A stretch of 64,000 nucleotides of DNA from an uncultured Pseudomonadales bacterium (GCA_964620965.1 CAZUHV010000001.1:445171-509170), one strand, 5' to 3'. Positions 1-9,594 are shown, counted from the stretch's first letter. Made by a program: numbers and translations. The notes: generated by a model not told the origin, from the sequence alone.

Positions 1-171
1 ATAAAATAAAAAGGACTTAAGCCAAACATAAAGTGTTGGGGCAAGAATAAATAGGTACACAAACTGCACTAAGTCCAGTTTAAAAATTTCAAGTTTTTTA
101 TCTTGATATTTGTACAAAAACAAACCTATGAAAGTTGTAAAGAATGGAATTAACAATAAGAAATACTTCAT
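1..171 (-). CDS. Membrane protein, partial (runs off window start)
   Basis: ATG at 171; open frame MKYFLLLIPFFTTFIGLFLYKYQDKKLEIFKLDLVQFVYLFILAPTLYVWLKSFLFY to position 1; hydrophobic. Confidence 0.7.
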   Translation of the reverse strand, partial: MKYFLLLIPFFTTFIGLFLYKYQDKKLEIFKLDLVQFVYLFILAPTLYVWLKSFLFY

Positions 172-223
172 AAATAAACCTCTACTATAGTACCACAGAA
201 ACCATGTCCCTCATATCTGGAAA

Positions 224-952
224 TTAAAACAAATGCTCAATAACTGAAGCTTTTAATTTTGTAAGTGTTGTGTCTGATTTTGCAAACTCCTTTTGTAATG
301 GGGTGAGTTCAGGCGCTTTCTTTTTTTCTGTACTACCAGCTTTCTGTTTTTGCTGTTTTATCCAAGTAATAATTTTAGGAATTTTTTTAAAATCGCTAAT
401 AAATGCTTGTTTTGTGCTTGTTGCTCGCAGTGCTGCAGCTGGATGAAACATTGGCAAAACATAGCTCGTATTCCCGTCCCACTTCACCTTATGTAGTCTT
501 CCATGAATTGTGGAAATTTTTGCGCCCGGCAAAAATTTCCCCATACTAAATCGCCCTAAAGTAACAATTAACTCTGGCTGTAAAATTTCTATTTCTTTGT
601 CTAAATATTTTTTAAATGCTGCTAGTTCTTCCAAACTTGGATCTCGATTGTCTGGAGGTCGAACTTTTACAATATTACTTATATAGATTTGTTCTGGTTT
701 AATTCCAGATTCTTCTTCCAAAACTTTTCTAAACAATTGTCCAGATCTTCCAACAAACGGTCGCCTTTGCACTGTTTCATGAAATCCTGGAGCTTCTCCA
801 ATAAACATCACTTCTGCACTTGCAGGACCCTCACCGGGAACAATATCCTTGTCAACTTTGGCTAATGGAAGTTTTCCAGCTGTAGCATCTGCTTCAAGCT
901 GAGCATACAGTACATCTAGTTGAGCTTGTATTTTTTTAATATCTCTTTCCAT
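224..952 (-). CDS. Uracil-DNA glycosylase, family 4
   Basis: GEGP, FIGEAPG, PFVGRSG, RPPDNRDP and HPAAALR motifs. Confidence 0.92.
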   Translation of the reverse strand: MERDIKKIQAQLDVLYAQLEADATAGKLPLAKVDKDIVPGEGPASAEVMFIGEAPGFHETVQRRPFVGRSGQLFRKVLEEESGIKPEQIYISNIVKVRPPDNRDPSLEELAAFKKYLDKEIEILQPELIVTLGRFSMGKFLPGAKISTIHGRLHKVKWDGNTSYVLPMFHPAAALRATSTKQAFISDFKKIPKIITWIKQQKQKAGSTEKKKAPELTPLQKEFAKSDTTLTKLKASVIEHLF

Positions 953-1049
953 ATCAAAAGAATACCAAAAAACTAACTATATTTAAATATGTAACTTAAT
1001 TGGAGTGAAGTCACCAACTAAAACCAAAAAACTTTGGGATTTTCCTAGT

Positions 1050-2111
1050 TTAATACTGTGGCAAGAAAATATTTCTGTTTTCTAAAGTAATAATTACTTC
1101 AGGATACCCTTTTTCAATAATAATTCTTGCAGCTTTTCTTACCGCACCTTGAAGCGTTCTTTGTAAAGTACGAATACCAGCATCAAACCCTAGTGGACGA
1201 GTCACAATTGGCCAAACCTCATCTTTGATAATAAATTGTTTTGTAGAAAGTCCTGCATCTTTTAGCAATCCAGGTAAAATATACCGTTGTGCAATAACAA
1301 TTTTTTCTTGGTCTGTATATGAAGGCATAGAAATTTTTTCCATACGGTCCATAACAGCTGTAGCAATTGCAGTAGTGTTATTTGCTGTTGCAATAAAAAT
1401 TGCATGAGATAAATTTACGGGATAATCAATATATCTGTCTCTAAACGCATTATTTTGGGCTGGGTCTAGTAATTCAACTAAAACACCCATAATATCTTTG
1501 TTTGCATCTTCATTTCCACGATCAATTTCGTCAAGCAATATAATTGGATTTCTTACTCCAGCTTCACAAATACCTTTTACAACTCTGCCTGGTTCAGATC
1601 CAAGAATTAAACGAGAATCCCCCCGCAGCTCTGTTGAAGAACCCATACCTCCAAATGGAATACGTACCAACTGTCTTCCAAGAGCCTCTGCTAAAGAAAT
1701 TGCGAAGGTTGTTTTACCAGTACCAACCAGACCAACAAGTAACAGGATTGGAGCACGAAAATCACTTGCAGTATCAGGATTTTGTGAACGTAATTTTAAA
1801 ACAGAGACATACTCCAAGAATCTGTTTTTAACATCATGCATTCCATAATGATGTTTCTCAAAAATTTGTTTTGTTTTTTCAATGTCTAAAGTATCTTGTG
1901 TTTCAGCTTGCCAAGGAACTCTTAGAACCCAATCAATGTACTTTGAGACCTTTTCATACTTCTCGTCATAACTTCCAAGTGCGACACTTCTTTCTAGGGA
2001 AACAATATCTTTATCAACCTTGCGCCTTAACTCTTCTGGAAGCTGAGCCCCGCCTACTTTTGCTTTAAGCTCTTGAATTTCTTGCTCGAGGATTTGTGTG
2101 TAATCATTCAT
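1050..2111 (-). CDS. Lon-family AAA+ ATPase module lacking the N-terminal and protease domains
   Basis: HYGM..VK, Walker A GLVGTGKT, NPIILLDEID, ELLDPAQNNAFRDRY, DRMEKI; ends where the Lon ATPase lid ends. Confidence 0.85.
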   Translation of the reverse strand: MNDYTQILEQEIQELKAKVGGAQLPEELRRKVDKDIVSLERSVALGSYDEKYEKVSKYIDWVLRVPWQAETQDTLDIEKTKQIFEKHHYGMHDVKNRFLEYVSVLKLRSQNPDTASDFRAPILLLVGLVGTGKTTFAISLAEALGRQLVRIPFGGMGSSTELRGDSRLILGSEPGRVVKGICEAGVRNPIILLDEIDRGNEDANKDIMGVLVELLDPAQNNAFRDRYIDYPVNLSHAIFIATANNTTAIATAVMDRMEKISMPSYTDQEKIVIAQRYILPGLLKDAGLSTKQFIIKDEVWPIVTRPLGFDAGIRTLQRTLQGAVRKAARIIIEKGYPEVIITLENRNIFLPQY

Positions 2112-2401
2112 TATTCAAAATCAGTAAACACTTGTTTTGTTCCACTAAAAATAGTGATTCCAGCAACTAAAAATATTATTCCTGCTGAAAACAAAATTAA
2201 TACATCGTGTGCGCCTGTTGCTGGAAGTGCAGAAGGGCTTGCTGTTGTTGATGGAGTTGCCGTAGCAGAAGGTGTTGCAGTTGCTGAGGGGGTAGCAGAC
2301 GAAGTTGCAGATTGAGCATATACAGTACTAGAAACCATATTAACAAATAGAAAAACAAAAATAGAAAGTGATAATCCAGCAAGTACCGATTTTTTATTCA
2401 T
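2111..2401 (-). CDS. Small secreted Ser/Thr/Ala/Pro-rich protein with LPxTG-like sorting signal
   Basis: Signal peptide, TPSATA repeats, LPATG followed by a transmembrane helix. Confidence 0.7.
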   Translation of the reverse strand: MNKKSVLAGLSLSIFVFLFVNMVSSTVYAQSATSSATPSATATPSATATPSTTASPSALPATGAHDVLILFSAGIIFLVAGITIFSGTKQVFTDFE

Positions 2402-3332
2402 AGTGATTATTATGACTTTCTATTTGATCTATTGTCAACAGTCCAGGTTTTGCACCAATTTTAGAAATAACAGACTGTGAATTCATTTTACCCCAAACGC
2501 AAGCTTCTTCTATAGTTTTACCTTTTAAATAAGCACTGATGTACCCCACAATAAATGCATCTCCTGCACCTGTTTCATCAACTGCTTCTACTTCCTCAGA
2601 AAAAAACCTTTTTGTAGGTCTTCCATCTAAATAAATCTCCCCACCCTGTTTTCCATTGGTAACAACGATATGTGGCACAACTTCTAAAATTTTATTTTGT
2701 ATTTCACGAATTGAATCCCACTCAAATTTATTAACTATCAAAATAGTTACTGGTAAGTGAGCAATAGAAATCTCTCCAGATTTGAGTAACTGCAATTCTT
2801 TATTACCTGGATTCCAAGACATCTGTGTGTGACCATCTCTGATAACCTCAAAAATAAAGTTCAAGGTTTCTAACTGACCAGAAACGCTAGAAAGGTGGAT
2901 CCACTTTGTCCCCGATAAATAAAAAACTGGAATGTCTTTGGGATCAAGTTGTGCAGAAGCACCTCTATGCACCATAATTGTTCTACCTCCATCTTCTCCC
3001 AACAAAATAATTGATCCACCGGTCTTTTCATTTTTTTCTGTAACTACAAGTTTAGTATCAACATACTCTTTGTGAAGTTCTTGTAGAATTAGTTCAGACC
3101 AAACATCTTTTCCAAGCTCAGTCACTAGCCCTGTACGAAAACCCATTCTAGAAAATCCAACCGCTGTGTTACTACCTCCCCCTCCAGTCTTTACTAGATA
3201 CTCATCAACATCAATTTTTTCACCATATGATTGGCATAACAAAACTCCAGCATCTGTTTTTTGAATTTTGAATGCTTTTGACTTGATAAAACTATCAACA
3301 ACACTAGAACCTATTGAGACAATGTCATACAT
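2394..3332 (-). CDS. PfkB/ribokinase-family carbohydrate kinase
   Basis: GGGGSNTAVG and DETGAGDAF signatures. Confidence 0.92.
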   Translation of the reverse strand: MYDIVSIGSSVVDSFIKSKAFKIQKTDAGVLLCQSYGEKIDVDEYLVKTGGGGSNTAVGFSRMGFRTGLVTELGKDVWSELILQELHKEYVDTKLVVTEKNEKTGGSIILLGEDGGRTIMVHRGASAQLDPKDIPVFYLSGTKWIHLSSVSGQLETLNFIFEVIRDGHTQMSWNPGNKELQLLKSGEISIAHLPVTILIVNKFEWDSIREIQNKILEVVPHIVVTNGKQGGEIYLDGRPTKRFFSEEVEAVDETGAGDAFIVGYISAYLKGKTIEEACVWGKMNSQSVISKIGAKPGLLTIDQIESHNNHYE

Positions 3333-3389
3333 GGGCAGCTTTTATCCTTGAGATTATTGTACGATAAATTAGAAACGAATGCTATGGTG

Positions 3390-4052
3390 TTAAGACTCTC
3401 TTTGAGGAAGTCCACACCGTTGTGCTAACTCAAGTTCAAAATCTTTCAAAGCTTGAATCATTTCTTTCTCATCTTTGACTATTTTATAAATAGTCTTTTC
3501 TTTTTCACCAATAAAAAAGTGATCATTTATAACTTTCATCACGTCTTCCCAAAATCCGCCATATAAAATAAGTGGTTTGTGATTCCCATAGTACAGATGA
3601 GCAAGTAACCAAGCAGTGGCCCATTCACTCAGTGTCCCAGTTCCACCTTGCATACAAATAAATGCATCTGCGTGCTCCATAAGACCGAACATACGCTCAA
3701 CATAATTTGCAGTTTTTATTTCTTTATCAACCAAATTATCATGAAATCTACCTTCAAATTCTGGCATGTCTTTTGGATAAAAAGTAACGGCAATTGTGGT
3801 TCCTCCGGCTGACTGAGCTCCTTTTGTCGCTGCATCCATAACTCCTGGTCCACCCCCATCAACGACAACCATGTCATTATATGCTAAATATCGAGCAACA
3901 TTGAATGTTTCTTCATATAATGGGTGCTTTTCATCAACATCGGCACTCCCAAAAATTGCAACATTTTTGATAGTACAATGTAGGCTTGGTGCCGGAATTT
4001 TAATTTGCGTTTTCATCATATTGTGTTGTCTCCAAAAAGGTACTTCTCTCAA
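3390..4052 (-). CDS. LOG (lysine decarboxylase-like) family nucleotide phosphoribohydrolase
   Basis: VAIFGSA, GGGPGVM, QGGTGTLSE; true start probably slightly downstream. Confidence 0.85.
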   Translation of the reverse strand: MREVPFWRQHNMMKTQIKIPAPSLHCTIKNVAIFGSADVDEKHPLYEETFNVARYLAYNDMVVVDGGGPGVMDAATKGAQSAGGTTIAVTFYPKDMPEFEGRFHDNLVDKEIKTANYVERMFGLMEHADAFICMQGGTGTLSEWATAWLLAHLYYGNHKPLILYGGFWEDVMKVINDHFFIGEKEKTIYKIVKDEKEMIQALKDFELELAQRCGLPQRES

Positions 4053-4054
4053 TT

Positions 4055-4720
4055 CTACAGAATTTCAGATTCAAGATCTTGATACGCTTCTGCAAAATCT
4101 GGAGCTTTCCATAAAAAGCTTCCTACTCCTACAGAAGATGCTCCACTTTCTTGTAGTTTTGCAATAGTTTCAGGGTTTACTCCACCATCAATAATTACCT
4201 CTAGGCGAAGATCCTTTTCCATAAGCAACTTTCTTAAGTCTGTAATTTTTTTATAAACTTTTTCGTGTAATTCTTGCCCTTGATACCCAGTGTCTATGGA
4301 CATTAACTGAATGCTATGAATTCTTTCAAATTGGCTTGAATCTATTTCGCTTATTGGAGTATTTAGATTAAGTGAGAGCCCAACATTCCAATCATATCTT
4401 CTGACCTCATCAATAAAAAGTTCTTGATTAGACATCTGTTCGATTTGACCGATAACACTGCGAACAGGTAAATCATCTTGGTAATCGATAATTTCTCGAA
4501 CAAAATCTAGAGGCTCTTGAGTCATTAAGTGAAAATCTATTTCCAAATCACCAAAATCAAGATCAGTAAGATCGGCAGGCGTAACTGTAATATTGTCAAC
4601 AAAATAACCGTCAATGATATCAACTTGAATTGTGTGGACAAGCCCACTTTCTATACACAGATCCAACTGTTGCTGAAAAATATCATGTTGATCAGTAAGG
4701 ATGGTAGGATAAATGTTCAT
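4055..4720 (-). CDS. rpe: Ribulose-phosphate 3-epimerase
   Basis: VDIIDG.FV, DFHLM, GYQGQ, IDGGV; adjacent to rpiB. Confidence 0.88.
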   Translation of the reverse strand: MNIYPTILTDQHDIFQQQLDLCIESGLVHTIQVDIIDGYFVDNITVTPADLTDLDFGDLEIDFHLMTQEPLDFVREIIDYQDDLPVRSVIGQIEQMSNQELFIDEVRRYDWNVGLSLNLNTPISEIDSSQFERIHSIQLMSIDTGYQGQELHEKVYKKITDLRKLLMEKDLRLEVIIDGGVNPETIAKLQESGASSVGVGSFLWKAPDFAEAYQDLESEIL

Positions 4721-4735
4721 TCTTTACCGTACTTT

Positions 4736-5212
4736 CTAGTGTTCTTTTTCAAATTTGGTAATTTGTGCAATTCTTCTTTCGTGTCGAGCATCTTTTTGGT
4801 AGTTAGTTGTTAAAAAAACCTGAATAATTTCTTTAGCTCTTTCTGTAGAAATCCAATCTCCAGAGAGTGCAACTATGTTTGCATTGTTATGCTCTTTTGC
4901 ATGAATAGCACTTTTTTCATCAAAGATTGAAACTGCTCGTGCCCCAGCAACTTTGTTGGCTGCTATTGTAACCCCACCAGAGGACCTACATATCAAAATA
5001 CCAACTGCACCAGTTTGAGTAATTTGTTCTTCTGTTGCAACAACTCGTTCTGCAACTCCGAAAGCAACTTGAGGATAATCGTCATTTGGGTCAAATTGAT
5101 GAGCGCCAACGTCCTCAACTTGATATCCTTCACTTTCTAACCACTGTTTTAAAGCGTTTTTCTGTTCAAATCCTCCATGATCACTGCCAATAACAATTGT
5201 TGGTTTTTGCAT
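4736..5212 (-). CDS. rpiB: Ribose-5-phosphate isomerase B
   Basis: GSDHGG, DDYP, AANKVAGARA, HNNAN, RHERRI. Confidence 0.93.
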   Translation of the reverse strand: MQKPTIVIGSDHGGFEQKNALKQWLESEGYQVEDVGAHQFDPNDDYPQVAFGVAERVVATEEQITQTGAVGILICRSSGGVTIAANKVAGARAVSIFDEKSAIHAKEHNNANIVALSGDWISTERAKEIIQVFLTTNYQKDARHERRIAQITKFEKEH

Positions 5213-5300
5213 ACATTCATCATTACATCTGAAGTCTGTTTTATCAAGTCAAAAGAGTGATAAGCTTATAGTTAAATAGTGAGCTATGAATGTTTATTTT

Positions 5301-5567
5301 TTATAAAGCACCTGAATCCATAGCAGAATCATCATCTGTCGTTTCGTCGTCTTCTGTCATGGTTTCATCTTCTGTCACTGTTTCTTCACCTTCTATCATA
5401 GCTTCGCCATCAATAAGTTCTTGATCCTTCATCATGGTATCTTCTACATATGTTTCTTCCATAACGCCTTCTGAATCTGGAGCTTGAGCGTCTTGGCCTG
5501 GCAGTAAACTACAACCGGCAAAAACCAAACTCGTTGTTGCTATAAGTGCAATGTATTTTAATTGCAT
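5301..5567 (-). CDS. Small acidic putative lipoprotein
   Basis: Signal peptide with FAGC lipobox, Asp/Glu/Met-rich tail, AGGAAGG SD. Confidence 0.65.
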   Translation of the reverse strand: MQLKYIALIATTSLVFAGCSLLPGQDAQAPDSEGVMEETYVEDTMMKDQELIDGEAMIEGEETVTEDETMTEDDETTDDDSAMDSGAL

Positions 5568-5670
5568 TTATTTCCTTCCTGCATGTTTTCATGCAAATGG
5601 TTACTACTTTTATACTAAATATACTATCTCAACTCAAAATGTATCTATACCCATATACCCAACCCAACGA

Positions 5671-6003
5671 CTAATACCCAAGCTCTGCTCTGGCTTCTTC
5701 TGTCATCATGTCAACCATCCAAGGTGGATCAAAAGTGAGTTCGACATCAACATCTTCTTTAGGGACAATACCATCTAGATCTGTAAGCTGTTCTAAAACA
5801 AGTTCTTTAAACACTCCTGCTAGTGGGCATCCAGGAGTAGTAAGGGTCATCAAAATATGAATTTTTTGTTGAGGTCCAGTTTTTTGCTGAACTGTAGAAA
5901 TAGTCACATCATATACAAGACCCATACTAACAATATCTATGTGTAACTCTGGATCGATCACTTTAGAAAGACGGGTATAGATGTTTTCTTTTGTTAGCTT
6001 CAT
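5671..6003 (-). CDS. DUF59/SufT-like Fe-S cluster assembly factor
   Basis: VIDPEL..DIVSMGLVY, MTLTTPGCP, FDPPW; start set at MKLTK (6003). Confidence 0.9.
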   Translation of the reverse strand: MKLTKENIYTRLSKVIDPELHIDIVSMGLVYDVTISTVQQKTGPQQKIHILMTLTTPGCPLAGVFKELVLEQLTDLDGIVPKEDVDVELTFDPPWMVDMMTEEARAELGY

Positions 6004-6052
6004 ACTACAAACTATAATAGTTGGGTTCGAAAGATAGTGCAACCGATAAAAT

Positions 6053-6079
6053 AAAAAACCCCTCGAAAACGAGGGGTTT
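6053..6079 (-). terminator. Intrinsic terminator after the 70-aa gene
   Basis: aaacccctcg/cgaggggttt stem with U-tract on the minus strand. Confidence 0.8.
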
Positions 6080-6101
6080 CTAATTCTAATCTAGAAAGAG
6101 A

Positions 6102-6314
6102 TTATTTAGCTGATCTCTTTAAGACAGGCATGTTGGTTCTCTTTGTTTCCATAACCTCATAACCTGCTGGAACTGCTGCTAATGCACCATCACGAACGTC
6201 TCTTGCGAAGTAGTAGATTCTTTGAACTCTACCATTCTTAAGGGTGACTTCTTTGGTGTGCAAGTAGTAAACTTGACCCTTTGCGTTGGTGTATGAGAAA
6301 GCGTTTGCTGCCAT
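6102..6314 (-). CDS. Small basic conserved hypothetical protein, possibly nucleic-acid binding
   Basis: YTNAKGQVYYLH...IYYFAR...MPVLKR; AGGAG SD and own terminator. Confidence 0.8.
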   Translation of the reverse strand: MAANAFSYTNAKGQVYYLHTKEVTLKNGRVQRIYYFARDVRDGALAAVPAGYEVMETKRTNMPVLKRSAK

Positions 6315-6469
6315 ACTTGTACTCCTTTTCTTGCCTTATTCAGGCTTCAAATACTTACTTTTATACTTGTTAAGTCAAAAGTATCTTTTTTAAGCTTACC
6401 ATACTCGGCGAGCACTTCAAGAAGCAAATTCAAGTTATTATGCCCTGCCAAGCCATTTTTCTGCCAATT

Positions 6470-7012
6470 TTAATTCAATTCCTGTTCTAAGACCTCGACT
6501 TCCAAATCTTGTTCAGACTCGACTGAACCTCTTAAAACATAGTTCTCTGTTGCTGTTTTTGCATCAGAACTTTCACTCACAAACATCTCAAATGGAAGTA
6601 AATCTGCTGGAAGTGCTGCAGATCCTAAATACCCACCTTTTCCTTCAACTAAAGTAAATACTTCTCTCATTGCAGTTCCATCTGCTGATCTTAACCAAAC
6701 ATGGTACTCTGTTGTTGGTTCTGGAAGGTTTGCCATAACGGAAAATCTAACTTTCTCATCTCTTAATTCATATCTGATGACACCTGTGTCTGTACTCTCT
6801 GAATCTGCTGATTCAAGTTCAACAGTTTCGTAGTCACCAACACCTCTAATAGATTTAACCATTTCATCCTGGCTTAAGTTTTCGATCTCTACACCTTCTC
6901 CAAGAAGTGCATACTCACTTCTCTCTGCTCTTAAAGAATACCATCTAAAAACTAATACGAAGATGATACCTAAAACTATTAATGGGAAAACGTATGGTGT
7001 ATATTTTTTCAT
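6470..7012 (-). CDS. Membrane-anchored hypothetical protein
   Basis: N-terminal TM helix and an acidic, beta-rich extracellular domain. Confidence 0.7.
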   Translation of the reverse strand: MKKYTPYVFPLIVLGIIFVLVFRWYSLRAERSEYALLGEGVEIENLSQDEMVKSIRGVGDYETVELESADSESTDTGVIRYELRDEKVRFSVMANLPEPTTEYHVWLRSADGTAMREVFTLVEGKGGYLGSAALPADLLPFEMFVSESSDAKTATENYVLRGSVESEQDLEVEVLEQELN

Positions 7013-7150
7013 TTCTGCCCTACTTATTATGTTTGTACTACTTTAGACCTTTTCAGTCATTTTTAACCTAGTTATATTTATACGTTATAACATGGTTTCG
7101 TCAAGAGGAATTCTTTTTACGCCTGGTATGCCTGATGCAGGGGTACATTT

Positions 7151-7876
7151 TTATTCACTTAACAATGACTCAACAGCTTGAAGTAACTGTGGGGCAGATG
7201 TTTTGACTCCGTTTACATAAAAAGTTGGTGTAGAGTTCACTCCCAGCTGTGTGCCAGCAGCAACATCTAAATTAACTAATTCCGCAACAGAATCGCTTTC
7301 CATTTTCTCTAAAAACTGTGCTCTGTCAAGACCTAACTCGACAGCATACGATGCGAAGGCATCCTTTAATTCAGTTCTAGAACTGATTGTTGACCAGTTC
7401 TCTTGTTCGGCAAAAAGTTTGTCGTGCATTAACCAAAATTTGCTTGCGTCCAGACTTGCAACTGCTTCCGCAGCTGTTGCTGCTAAACGAGCATTTGGGT
7501 GAATAGAATCAAGTGGAAAATGTCTAAACACGATTTGTACCTTGCCAGGATATGCACGTTTTACATTCTCAACTGCAGGCTGGGCAGCTCTACAAGCTGG
7601 ACACTGAAAGTCTGAAAATTCGACTACTGTGATTACTTCTGCTGGTACTGATGCTTCCGAACTTTCTGTTGCTTGATTTTCTGTATTTTCTGGGGATTCT
7701 TCCATCATTGCTTTTGCATTCAGAGAGCTGTGTCTTGCATCTCCAGCAACTAAAGCCATATCAGCAACTTGTTGTTCTTGGCCAGTTGAGCCACTTCCAG
7801 AAGAAAGTACTGCAACTGCAACAATTAAGATTAAAGTACCTACTATTGTTCCAATTAATAATGGGAGATTTTTCAT
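7151..7876 (-). CDS. DsbA-family thioredoxin-fold protein
   Basis: TM anchor, EFSDFQCPAC, RHFPL, GVNSTPTFYVNG. Confidence 0.92.
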   Translation of the reverse strand: MKNLPLLIGTIVGTLILIVAVAVLSSGSGSTGQEQQVADMALVAGDARHSSLNAKAMMEESPENTENQATESSEASVPAEVITVVEFSDFQCPACRAAQPAVENVKRAYPGKVQIVFRHFPLDSIHPNARLAATAAEAVASLDASKFWLMHDKLFAEQENWSTISSRTELKDAFASYAVELGLDRAQFLEKMESDSVAELVNLDVAAGTQLGVNSTPTFYVNGVKTSAPQLLQAVESLLSE

Positions 7877-8031
7877 AATGTAACCTTGAAACTTACTACA
7901 AACTGCACCATTTATGTTTTTTTCGTATGCAGGTTTCTAGCATACCATATTTAGAAAATATGGGAAGTATTTATTACAATAAGTAGTAAGAAAAAATATG
8001 ATTTTTTGTTGACAAAAATATTCTCCCTTAC

Positions 8032-8060
8032 TTGACTAAACTTATAAAACATCCTATAAT
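8032..8060 (+). promoter_or_regulatory. Sigma70-type promoter
   Basis: TTGACT-N17-TATAAT. Confidence 0.75.
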
Positions 8061-8078
8061 ATCGAAACTAAATTATCG

Positions 8079-8406
8079 TTGCACAATTGCTGTGCAAAAA
8101 AATGAATTAGTATAGTTCTTTAACAAACGAATAACGTTTGTGGGAAGAAACAAAAGGATATTTTTTTTGCCATTTTTTGGTATACCCTCTTGTTTCTTCC
8201 CACAAGAGTTTGACCAATAAAAAATTTGGTGGGAAGCTATGACCAGTATGCAAAATAGCTCTTGCTGTTTTGGGATACTGGCAAAGGTGAATGCCTATAA
8301 GCTTAATTTTGTAAACAAAAAAATATCCGATAACGAACTCTCAAAACTTTTAGCAAATTGTTCTAGCTGCACTATTCAAATAAGATTATGCAGTTGGGAC
8401 ACAAAT
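8079..8406 (+). other. Long structured 5' leader or ncRNA candidate
   Basis: Hairpins at 8079-8097, 8138-8205 (16-bp perfect stem), 8243-8281 and 8359-8401 (G-U pairs favour the + strand). Confidence 0.55.
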
Positions 8407-8414
8407 AGGTCAAA

Positions 8415-8978
8415 ATGAAATTTCGAAACATCTTACGAATTGTAGCAGTCTTGGCCGGATTGTTACTCTTAGCATCACTGGCCACTCAACCCGCTTCTGC
8501 TGAAGGACCTGAAGCAAATCCCACCACGACCCCCGGACCAGGTGGGAGCGATTGTGACCAGGCTCAGCCTCCTCAGTACTGTTTTAAAATTGAACTTGAC
8601 GATGAAACGCAGAGCGGTGACTACACTGCTCCTGCGGCCGTCACAAAGGTCGTTTTAAAAGCAGGTCAAGATTACACTACCGTAACCCCAGAGCAGAACC
8701 CTTACAATGGAGCCTGCTACAGTGTGATCTTCTCTTCGAGTCAACAAGGAGGCCCACTCGACACAATCAACTTTGAAAAAACCGGCGGAGAGCAATGCCA
8801 AAATTTGAGCCATGTCCAAATATGGTGGGAGGTTCACCCAACCGCGCTAACCTTAACAAACTTCACAGCTGAACCAAAATCTAGCTTCAATGCTCTTGAC
8901 TGGTTCGGCATACTGATCTTAGCCATCGGACTCGCATTTCTACAATATGAATGGCGCCGCCGGCGCCGCCGCAAATAA
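8415..8978 (+). CDS. Secreted Cys-containing protein with PTALTLTNFTA motif, C-terminal TM helix and poly-Arg tail
   Basis: Signal peptide (ASA-EG), 4 Cys, TM + RRRRRRK; visibly higher GC than its neighbours. Confidence 0.8.
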   Translation: MKFRNILRIVAVLAGLLLLASLATQPASAEGPEANPTTTPGPGGSDCDQAQPPQYCFKIELDDETQSGDYTAPAAVTKVVLKAGQDYTTVTPEQNPYNGACYSVIFSSSQQGGPLDTINFEKTGGEQCQNLSHVQIWWEVHPTALTLTNFTAEPKSSFNALDWFGILILAIGLAFLQYEWRRRRRRK

Positions 8979-9047
8979 CGTTATCCGTCATTCACTTTGA
9001 TTGCCTAATGGACACAAATCTAGCAGGCGATTGAAGTGAACCTAGTC

Positions 9048-9080
9048 AAGAGGCTCGTGAAAACACGGGCCTCTTTTTTG
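9048..9080 (+). terminator. Intrinsic terminator
   Basis: aagaggctcgtg/cacgggcctctt stem + T-run; preceded by another hairpin at 8991-9040. Confidence 0.85.
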
Positions 9081-9226
9081 TCATTTTGCAAAAAAAAATA
9101 ATTCTCCATCTTGAATAATTATATCTTATAATATATAATTATTTGATTTTTCTTGACAAGATGCGTGCATCTAAATTAAGGAAAATCAGCTATTTAACAG
9201 TGGAAAATAAAAAAAAGGTGACCAAA

Positions 9227-9571
9227 ATGAGAAAATTTTTGAAAATCATTGTGCCGCTTTTACTACTTTTTTTAGTATTGGTAGGCATATTGGGGGTCAC
9301 AATATACTTGGGAAAAAATAGCCCCTCCTCAACTGGCGGGGGCGTAGTCTTCAAAGAAACCGAAAGTGGGTTCGAAATCCTTCAGCCTAATGAGGTTGAG
9401 GTAAGATTCGATGACCAAAACGGCAACCCAGTTTCATTTGAGCGAACGCTTACGATTCGCAATGAATGGAACTACAAAGTTGAGGTTGCTGAAGGAGAGT
9501 GTATCACCATGTATACACAAGACCCGAGCGACTCAACAACACTTATGGCAGAACACGAGTTCTGCCGTTAA
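9227..9571 (+). CDS. Membrane-anchored hypothetical protein
   Basis: MRKFLK start after AGGTG SD; N-terminal TM; two Cys. Confidence 0.7.
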   Translation: MRKFLKIIVPLLLLFLVLVGILGVTIYLGKNSPSSTGGGVVFKETESGFEILQPNEVEVRFDDQNGNPVSFERTLTIRNEWNYKVEVAEGECITMYTQDPSDSTTLMAEHEFCR

Positions 9572-9594
9572 AAAAATTTCCACTGTTAAAAAAC

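Noticed and set aside
8350-8410. c-di-GMP-I riboswitch (GCAAA...GGGACACAAA resemblance)
   Set aside because: No GNRA tetraloop stem and no second hairpin with a receptor; the start codon follows immediately
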